From contig JASMDC010000016.1 of the NCBI GenBank assembly GCA_030753015.1, positions 10,773 through 74,772 of the forward strand: 64,000 nt of DNA, read 5' to 3'. Shown here one piece after another: positions 57,601-64,000 of the stretch. Origin of the DNA: Candidatus Undinarchaeales archaeon (GTDB lineage Archaea > SpSt-1190 > JASMDC01). Each line of letters begins with the position of its first letter. Position 1 is the stretch's first letter. Made by a program: the position numbers and the translations under genes. Below the pieces are notes generated by a model, which was not told the DNA's origin, did not search any database, and saw only the letters and a program-made list of their open reading frames with translations.

Positions 57601-57986
57601 TGCACGCAGGCGAGCTCTATGAACAGGACGGGTTCGACGACAAGGCCTTGGACGCCTATGACAGTGCGTCCGGCACTGTGGGCGACAATGTACCAGCCCT
57701 GGTGGCCATGGCCAATCTATTCTCACGGACCAAGCGCGAAGAGCAGGCCCAGGAGACCTTTGAGAAGGTCCTTACACTCCAACCGAAGAACAAAGAGGCA
57801 CAAGATTTCCTTATCAACCGTTACGAACATTTGGGCAACCAGTTCCTCGGCATCGACACAGAGGACCGGGATCAGAGGGAGAAGGCACGGTTCTACTTTA
57901 CCAAGGCAATGGACCTGGCCAAGCGTGGGACGGACGAGCATATCCGGCTCAAGCAGAAGGTCAGGCACGTGGTAGAGCTCGACTAG
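54645..57986 (+). CDS. Single-pass surface protein: Ig-like ectodomain, Pro/Thr linker, TM, cytoplasmic TPR repeats
   Basis: Signal peptide, DTDPP Ig-junction motif, PT repeats, TM (WMLIAAVFVVILFLSSIMLY), about 6 TPR-like repeats. Confidence 0.85.
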   Translation: MRRWTAVLLALALMLAPVLATLTVSNPKLYNVGDEATVITFDADGVVLPIPGASPELCTIEGDLCHFIDYSTRLVLAGTRAMMLPGQGSVIEGITLIATPSCPNVTISLDFGEGVKDTVILDYDAGQGRVVRNVTLEPVEGGCTAAAVTLNVNETTPLLSSTGKTMAAWLPGVRDSVPATIQVGMRAGSESIYHNFVGPYAVLPSSEPAKAICLTSVAEPTLAVNLTMDPTPERALLLISSPDRSRLHQVENDNVTHERHWDCTLPVRVRYIATSPTRFAVGDVEAVSEPFYLVSASGVQTASSALFDGKAINLTIERDTGAFSNLVAQVRVTRKDTLQSRGALEKTCTCTDPPCTCTFHAPVTGSGERDIWINATDNTASMLITFTYTEAPAEVNVSIESVDPTERNRIWMYANVSSNYHIDSCTLRMTTPAGADLEDETMDLDLEEWQRTGLAKVRADLPESGEHNALITCSDIDGKTGEGRITIVRDTDPPTTNIRDMTIPSGTFALNLNITDPYAGPRDCGLDIDGVSKKWRDARNGTVGWELELDPANHTVRICCRDKLENFGCSFAYLVAYVAATPTPTPIPTPEATPNATATPTPNATTTPAPTPNATTTPAPTPNATATPAPTPNATATPTPGPDVTASVAPTPTPTPPPDPQLQEAQDKLEVLRAIIEHVDSQYKREKLNLTVRQVESMINQGSYKDAMELADRAIQMATDIDRTDYSATVAAVATEEPNQVMPGQVVSAAPIVLREDPPWMLIAAVFVVILFLSSIMLYRLVAGGEDVGPGLELPQDPTPPQGVYDMTGYISQHAAETAVPEQVQLPPSGPTPLESLSKALSPLPSSIHDASSMGLDQATVVTMANSARTYASRAGELDTEMQLRVGNALYLAGDPASALAWYGMVLQKDESNVQAMLNAGKAYDDTGDPVHSKRYYNRVLSTDPFNTIALEGLAVSYKAEGLAHKAIEHYVRLAEVDHSRLDAWLHAGELYEQDGFDDKALDAYDSASGTVGDNVPALVAMANLFSRTKREEQAQETFEKVLTLQPKNKEAQDFLINRYEHLGNQFLGIDTEDRDQREKARFYFTKAMDLAKRGTDEHIRLKQKVRHVVELD
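56385..56620 (+). repeat. Pro/Thr-rich repeat with a 30-bp unit (TPAPTPNATx)
   Basis: NAT codons at 56427, 56451, 56481, 56511 and 56541. Confidence 0.9.
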
Positions 57987-58055
57987 CGAAAGGCAGCTTA
58001 CGGCAACCAAACCTTTATATACCTCGCATGCACCCTTACCGAAGGGGTTTGTAGC

Positions 58056-60866
58056 TTGTCACGTATCTCCTACATCGTTCCCATCATGCTTATCGCCATC
58101 CTGTTGGCGGTACTGGTCACAGCTCTTCCGACCGTGGACGAGGTGGTGGAGGAGGTCGATATCCGTGGTTTCAAGTACGCCAAGAGCCGTATCGCTCTCA
58201 CTATCCCATCCTCCTACCTCCGCGAGCGGCGTATCAACGAGGACACCCTACGCCAGTTGTGCCGTAAGCAGTTCGCTACTGGCGGTGACACGACCTTCCT
58301 CAACTGCGAGGTACGCATCTCCGATAAGGAGGGTGGACGGAGCGAGGTGTCTTTCACGGTTTTCGATCAGCCACAGTTCACCTTCAAGGATCTCACCTTC
58401 CTCGGGGACAGGCTCAAGCTCGATGTGCTCTTTGAGCACAAACCCAAACAATTCGCGTTCACACGAGGCTATCGGGTGCTCTCTCGCCAGCTCGATGTAG
58501 TGTATCCGACGCACAGGACCGTGCTGGAGAACGTGGGAGAATCCACTTATTCCTCATCCTTCTCCCTTGTTGGTGAGCCGGGTTCGCTCGCATTCTCACC
58601 GGAACAGGACTCTTTTATGCTCGGCCAGTTCATCGCCATCCCCAAATTGGAGGGCGAGCTGTGCGCGGCCGCGCTCGTGAAGGACGATGTCGTCGTGGCA
58701 AAGCAGCTATCGGTCCTCTGCCGCCCCACGGCCTTGGCCACATCCGCGTTCCTGGAACCTGGAGAATACGAACTATTGGTAGTATCCTATCGGTTGGGGA
58801 AGCTCTCCCTGGCCAGATCTCGCATCAGGCTCTCAGATCCTTCCCTCTCGCTCACCGTCACGGTGAACAAGCCTCAGGTCTTTCTGGGTAAGATCTTCAC
58901 TCTAGAGGTCACCGCCGATAGAAGCCTTGACGCGTGTGACGTGTCCGTCCAGAACATGGGGGGTTTCAAGGTTACTGATGGCTTCTACCGCGGATGTACT
59001 GACGTGGTGGTCGGGACTTCGACATCCTGGGTACCGGGCGACCACATGGTGCAGGTAAAGGCCAGTGCGAGTGGCGTAGAGGGCTCGGCCGGCGTCCTGG
59101 TCAACTTCATGGGCTCCGGATATCTTGGTGGAGAGGAACCTCTTATCGAGCCTGAGCAAGTGATGCCAGGTAACGAGGTGTACATCCACCCCGATCCATC
59201 AGCCACGTGTGATTTCACACGTACCGAGCTCTACGATAAGAACGGGGTACGTATCGCCGAGCAGGACACTCCCGGATGTGACACGGTGATATCCGTCCCG
59301 GTCCCCGCCTCCACACCACCAGGACCCGTCCGGATGGATGTGAAACAGGTCGAGGACGGTAGGATCAAGGGCGTCTCCTCCAAGGTGTTCTCCGTCATGG
59401 AGTGGCAACCCATTCAGCGCACACAGCGCTATGAGCTCTGTCATGAGGGAGTCATGCGGGTGAGCCAGCACACACTCCCCTGCATCGGTAGCGAGGACCG
59501 GTGCTTCCCCACGACATCCTCTCTTCCACTGTGCGTTTGCTTTGATACGGACGATAACGCTGCAGCTGTGTGTGAGTACGGCCAGCGCTGTTCAGGAGGC
59601 CAGTGCGTCGATACCGAGCTCACCAAGAGCCCATATATCATAGTGCACGAGGACGGCCAGTGCCTCGCCAAGCGAGGCCTGAACACGATGGACTGCCTCC
59701 AAGTGGGCGAGATGTGCGCTAGCTCATGCGTCTGTCTGGACCACACGTCACGACCCATCTCCTCCTGCACTTTCGGCGAGACCTGCACACCTGATGGTTG
59801 CCGGAAGGTCGAGCTCGTGCTCAGGATCGAGGATCCGCCAATGGACCACGTGCGGGCCGACGAGCTGCGCGACGGTATCCGTCTCACGTGGTATGGTCAC
59901 CTGAAATCCGAGGGCAGTTTCCTAAGGGAGGACGTGCAGGACGCGCTCGAGGTCCGGGCCCTTATCGGGGACGTGGAGGGTTCCGACGTGAGCGCCAGAT
60001 ACCTCGATGAGGAGAAAGGCTGGGAGTTCACTGCAAAGTTCGCCCCCGATCTCGCACCCGGTCGGTACGACGCCTTCCTTCTCGTAACATACCGCGAGGC
60101 CATGCAGCTCGCCCGCAGTCCCTTCTACGTGTGGTATCCGGAGCACCTTTCCAAGCTTGACCTCGTCATCAAGAACGTAAATCCCACATCAGTAAGCGCC
60201 AAGCAGCTACGGACCGGTGTGTCCGTGAAGGCTATGGTACGTGTTCAAGATGCGCAGGGGAACGATGTCGACGACCTTCCTCAAGAGTCGTTCGAGATGC
60301 TCGCCGGTGAACTGAATGCAGTGGCTGAAGCCGCCAAGTACCAACCCATTTCAGGTTTATGGGAGGTCGTGGGCACGTTCCGGAGCATCCAGACCGCGGG
60401 CTCGGGAACGCTCACCGTCCGGGTTTCCCGTCTCGGTCGCGAGGGTCAGGCCGTCGATGCGTTCTCCATCGTGGACCGGGTACCCCTTGACCTCCAGATA
60501 GTCAAAGTTAGCCCTGGTACTACGGACGAACCGCTCTTCTACGCTCTCGTGGCCATGGGCTTCACGATGGACGTGTTCATGCAGCTCAGGGGTGGCGACA
60601 CTCTCACCCCGGATTCGTTCACGGTCAAGATCCATGATAAGCAACTGCCGCCCGAGAATCTGGTCGACATGATCAGCACTGCCGAAGGTATACAGTTGAA
60701 GCTCGGCCAAGTGGACCTCTGCCCTGATGTTCCACCCCCGGACACCCCCGTCCCCATCGAAGTGACTGCTGCTACCTCTGATGAGACGGCAACTGACAGG
60801 TTCCTCATCTATCTGGAGGGGAATCCGGGCGACTGGAACAACCTTGAGGAGGCGGGTTGCTTATGA
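58056..60866 (+). CDS. Secreted multi-Ig-like protein with central duplicated Cys-rich module
   Basis: TTG start, signal peptide, beta-rich domains, two CVC.D....C..G..C modules. Confidence 0.8.
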   Translation: MSRISYIVPIMLIAILLAVLVTALPTVDEVVEEVDIRGFKYAKSRIALTIPSSYLRERRINEDTLRQLCRKQFATGGDTTFLNCEVRISDKEGGRSEVSFTVFDQPQFTFKDLTFLGDRLKLDVLFEHKPKQFAFTRGYRVLSRQLDVVYPTHRTVLENVGESTYSSSFSLVGEPGSLAFSPEQDSFMLGQFIAIPKLEGELCAAALVKDDVVVAKQLSVLCRPTALATSAFLEPGEYELLVVSYRLGKLSLARSRIRLSDPSLSLTVTVNKPQVFLGKIFTLEVTADRSLDACDVSVQNMGGFKVTDGFYRGCTDVVVGTSTSWVPGDHMVQVKASASGVEGSAGVLVNFMGSGYLGGEEPLIEPEQVMPGNEVYIHPDPSATCDFTRTELYDKNGVRIAEQDTPGCDTVISVPVPASTPPGPVRMDVKQVEDGRIKGVSSKVFSVMEWQPIQRTQRYELCHEGVMRVSQHTLPCIGSEDRCFPTTSSLPLCVCFDTDDNAAAVCEYGQRCSGGQCVDTELTKSPYIIVHEDGQCLAKRGLNTMDCLQVGEMCASSCVCLDHTSRPISSCTFGETCTPDGCRKVELVLRIEDPPMDHVRADELRDGIRLTWYGHLKSEGSFLREDVQDALEVRALIGDVEGSDVSARYLDEEKGWEFTAKFAPDLAPGRYDAFLLVTYREAMQLARSPFYVWYPEHLSKLDLVIKNVNPTSVSAKQLRTGVSVKAMVRVQDAQGNDVDDLPQESFEMLAGELNAVAEAAKYQPISGLWEVVGTFRSIQTAGSGTLTVRVSRLGREGQAVDAFSIVDRVPLDLQIVKVSPGTTDEPLFYALVAMGFTMDVFMQLRGGDTLTPDSFTVKIHDKQLPPENLVDMISTAEGIQLKLGQVDLCPDVPPPDTPVPIEVTAATSDETATDRFLIYLEGNPGDWNNLEEAGCL

Positions 60867-62704
60867 GAAGGACTATTATCAACCGCCAACATCGCGGTCA
60901 GCTCTCTATGATAGCGCTGATCGCCCTTTCGGTCCTCATCATCGGCACGCTCTATATGTTCTTTACACGAGGCCAGCAGGACCGTGATCTGGCGGACGAC
61001 CGCCGGCAGGCCGAAACGGTCAAGGAAGAGCAGGTCAAGATTGAACAGGCGATATCGTCCATCCTCGAGAGGGCCATCCATCAGTCCGCCGAGGAGATGG
61101 CATTACATGCGGGTTTCACCGAGGAGAACGCGCCCCTTGGCCACCCGCGAGGCGTACCCTATCTCTTCGACAGGGGTAAGAAAGTGAACGTGCCTACCGT
61201 CGAGGTCATGCAGATCATGATGTCCGAGGAGGTGTCCCGTCGAGTAGCGGAGGAACGGGACAAACTCAAGCGCACACTATCCCTCAACCACATCACCATG
61301 GGGGAACCGAACGCTACTGTCGAGCTCTACAATGAGAGCATCCGCACGACACTCGCGCTCCCGCTGATCGTGCTCGACGATAAGGGCGTGACGGTCACGA
61401 CCGCGATCAAGTTCGATAAGAACGTGCCTCTACGACTGAAGACATTACGAGACCGTGCTGTCGCGTACATAGACGCGTACATCGAACGACGTGAGATCGA
61501 GGACAACCTGCTCATGACTATCACACAGGACTCCCGCATCTGGGGGCCGAACATGGGCATGCGAGGCCTCACATCCTGCGGTGTGGCCAAGAAGGTCCAC
61601 CGGTCGGAGATGGTCCAGCCATTCCGCCAGAACGCACAGCTAGCCGTCGCACTGGAGCTCGATACGGTACGCAGTAAACAACCTGCAAACGACCTCGTTG
61701 CCTGGACCGCCGAGGTGGACCGTCAGGCCCTCAATTTCACGCTCTTGGCTAACAAGGGAACTGATAAGGAGAGCACCGATGTTGTAGAGGAAATCGCTGT
61801 ACCGACCATTATCGCATCGCAATCATGCTTCAAGCGTTTTTCCGTTGTGTACAATGTGACATTCCCTGTTGAGATGCGCATTAGGGACCTCATGAAGAGC
61901 ACAAAGGTCGTCGGTGGCGAAGGGAGCGTCGAGGTAAAGCCCCTCGAGTTCGTGTTCTATATGCGACCGTTCCTCCGTGAGGATGACATCAAGGGGATAG
62001 ACGAGAGCGTCTCCGATCCGGAAGAGATATCTCATGTCTGCCAGGGCTCGTGCACGCTCGATATCGGGATGGCCGACTCGTCGGGGACTAAGGTCCGCTC
62101 CGGCACTGTGTATATCGACTCCTGTCCCTATGTCTACCCTACAGAGGGATCTGACCAGCTCCACGTCGACAACGCTCCGTGCAATATCCATACCCTTGTC
62201 GCCGAGTCAACGGATCCTGCAGGGAAGGCGCGGTACGTGGAGCGAGTGAACATCCTGGCTACGTTCTCACGTGACATCTCTATCCTCGACCACGGCACAG
62301 TAAAGGGAACTGTCGCGATGCGCAACCGAGTGTTCTGTATCAATTCTCGACGTGTGGACGATAGGGGGACCGTCCCTCTCGGCTACGTCGACGGAAAGCC
62401 ACCCACCTTCATCGAGATCGTCCTATCGCCCCTCAATCCAAGGATGAGCGAATCCCTCACATCCATTGTTGACGAGAACGGGCAGTTCACCATCGAGGGT
62501 GTCGTACCGGGACGATATCTGGCACTCTACGTACCCTCCATGGACCGGGATGGAAGGCCAGGATGGAAGGTCCTCCCCCATGGGGAGGTTCTCACCGTTA
62601 CCGAGGGAACCAACGATCTAGGGACCGTCACGCTCGACCCGATGCTCGTGGAACCGGTCGGAGACGGCGGGTACGAGCGCATCGCCCGGAAGGAGAGCTG
62701 CTAG
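60863..62704 (+). CDS. Large protein with class III (pilin-like) signal peptide
   Basis: MRR...HRG|QLSMIALIALSVLIIG; ATGA overlap; GAGGAGG upstream; C-terminal GQFTIEGVVPGRY beta domain. Confidence 0.7.
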   Translation: MRRTIINRQHRGQLSMIALIALSVLIIGTLYMFFTRGQQDRDLADDRRQAETVKEEQVKIEQAISSILERAIHQSAEEMALHAGFTEENAPLGHPRGVPYLFDRGKKVNVPTVEVMQIMMSEEVSRRVAEERDKLKRTLSLNHITMGEPNATVELYNESIRTTLALPLIVLDDKGVTVTTAIKFDKNVPLRLKTLRDRAVAYIDAYIERREIEDNLLMTITQDSRIWGPNMGMRGLTSCGVAKKVHRSEMVQPFRQNAQLAVALELDTVRSKQPANDLVAWTAEVDRQALNFTLLANKGTDKESTDVVEEIAVPTIIASQSCFKRFSVVYNVTFPVEMRIRDLMKSTKVVGGEGSVEVKPLEFVFYMRPFLREDDIKGIDESVSDPEEISHVCQGSCTLDIGMADSSGTKVRSGTVYIDSCPYVYPTEGSDQLHVDNAPCNIHTLVAESTDPAGKARYVERVNILATFSRDISILDHGTVKGTVAMRNRVFCINSRRVDDRGTVPLGYVDGKPPTFIEIVLSPLNPRMSESLTSIVDENGQFTIEGVVPGRYLALYVPSMDRDGRPGWKVLPHGEVLTVTEGTNDLGTVTLDPMLVEPVGDGGYERIARKESC

Positions 62705-62760
62705 AGCGCCCCGACTACGTCCACGCAACACTCTTAAAACATCTTGCGCGACCGTGACCT

Positions 62761-63510
62761 ATGAAGCTCCTCTCCTGGAACGTCAATGGCATCCGCGCGG
62801 CCATCCGCAAGGGATTCATCGAGGCAATCTCCGAGGTCGGCCCCGACATCATCTGTGTCCAGGAGACCAAAGCCCGGTCGGAGGACGTCAACCTGGACCT
62901 CCCCGGATACGAGCAGTACTGGAACAGTGCCCAGAAGAAAGGCTATTCAGGAACGGCGGTGTTCACGCGTATCAAGCCCTTGGCCGTTCTCTACGGCATG
63001 GGGAAGGAGGAGCACGACACCGAGGGACGTCTCATCACGCTCGAGTTCTCCGACCACTTCCTCGTGTGCGTGTACACACCGAACGCCCAACACGGGCTCA
63101 AGCGCCTGCCATACCGGATCGAATGGGACCGGGACTTCCTCGACTTCGTCAAGCACCTCGATTCCATGAAGCCGGTCATCATCACCGGTGACCTGAACGT
63201 CGCCCACGAGGAGATCGACCTGGCCAACCCGGACCGCAATCATGAGAACCCGGGATTCTCCGATGAAGAGCGTCGCGACTTCACCGCGATCCTCGAGGCC
63301 GGGTTCGTGGACACCTTCCGACACTTCACGAAGGATCCAGGGCACTATACATGGTGGTCGTACAGGTTCAATTCCCGTGCTAGGAACATCGGATGGCGCA
63401 TTGATTATGTATGTGTGTCCCAGAAGCTCCTGCCCAAGGTCCAGGATGCCTTCATACTTCCAGAGGTCATGGGCTCCGACCATTGCCCTGTGGTCATCCT
63501 GTACTCATGA
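62761..63510 (+). CDS. xth: Exodeoxyribonuclease III / AP endonuclease
   Basis: SWNVNGIRA, VQETK, GYSGT, GDLNVAH, GWRIDY, GSDHCP. Confidence 0.96.
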   Translation: MKLLSWNVNGIRAAIRKGFIEAISEVGPDIICVQETKARSEDVNLDLPGYEQYWNSAQKKGYSGTAVFTRIKPLAVLYGMGKEEHDTEGRLITLEFSDHFLVCVYTPNAQHGLKRLPYRIEWDRDFLDFVKHLDSMKPVIITGDLNVAHEEIDLANPDRNHENPGFSDEERRDFTAILEAGFVDTFRHFTKDPGHYTWWSYRFNSRARNIGWRIDYVCVSQKLLPKVQDAFILPEVMGSDHCPVVILYS

Positions 63511-63514
63511 CTCA

Positions 63515-64000
63515 TCAAACGGTGAGCGTTCGCCACAGCTGACGAAGGGTCGGTCGTGTCCCGTACATGAGGATGGTCGCACGGAAGATACGACCGAAAA
63601 CACGCGACGCAATTATCGTAGAGATCACCAGGACCAGGGAGAAGAAGAAGACCTCACCAATAGAGGGTGCGTGCGAGAATATCCGGATGATCATCACCAT
63701 GGGAGTGAAGAATGGGAAGAGGGCCAATAGACGTGCGAGAGCCACGTTCTCCTGAATTGCTGGTAAGAGGATGAAAGGCACAAGGGCGAACCACGAAACC
63801 GTCATGCTGATGTACTGCGACTCGCGAAGCGATGAGCCCATCGCACCGAGGCCTGCCAGCACCATGCCGTAGAACAGGTAGCCGAGGAGGAAGAATAGCA
63901 GTGACAGGGCGATGGTCGATGCGGTGATCTGGACCGTTGTCGATGCCAGTGCAAAAGCTGCACCACCGAACCATATTGTCATCTGTATGAGCCCAAGAAG
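63515..64000 (-). CDS. ABC-2 type transporter permease, 5'-truncated by window edge
   Basis: FLLGYLFYG..LAGLGA, PFFTPMVMIIR, IFRATILMYG. Confidence 0.85.
   Translation of the reverse strand, partial: LLGLIQMTIWFGGAAFALASTTVQITASTIALSLLFFLLGYLFYGMVLAGLGAMGSSLRESQYISMTVSWFALVPFILLPAIQENVALARLLALFPFFTPMVMIIRIFSHAPSIGEVFFFSLVLVISTIIASRVFGRIFRATILMYGTRPTLRQLWRTLTV

Noticed and set aside
1-64000. CRISPR array, cas genes, rRNA, prophage or integrase
   Set aside because: No regularly spaced DNA repeats with unique spacers and no hallmark genes seen; all tandem repeats found are coding.

Overview
Gene-dense, GC-rich archaeal chromosome segment. Archaeal origin rests on an intron-containing tRNA-Met with a bulge-helix-bulge, TATA-box promoters, an S-layer protein, a type II MetAP, a UPF0212 protein and a KaiC-like ATPase. 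The exact lineage cannot be fixed from sequence alone; the gene style suggests an uncultured, possibly DPANN-related group. Housekeeping genes (nadB, ggt, trxB, mtaB, rpiA, map, sua5, truD, xth, sugar epimerases) surround three unusual parts. (1) A ~25 kb cell-surface locus (18.9-43.5 kb) where the S-layer gene and a KaiC-like ATPase lie among very cysteine-rich exported proteins of 664, 730 (transglutaminase-like), 1569 and 2845 aa; a second surface cluster lies at 54.6-62.7 kb. (2) A 1.9 kb element with imperfect 24-bp terminal inverted repeats carrying two tandem DUF1670-like genes, whose right repeat supplies the first ATG of the 664-aa ORF. (3) An orphan cluster (nucleotidyltransferase, PHP, nucleoside phosphorylase-like) whose proteins share Met-Tyr/acidic N-termini. 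No CRISPR array, rRNA or prophage was seen. All family calls are by motif recognition, not database search.
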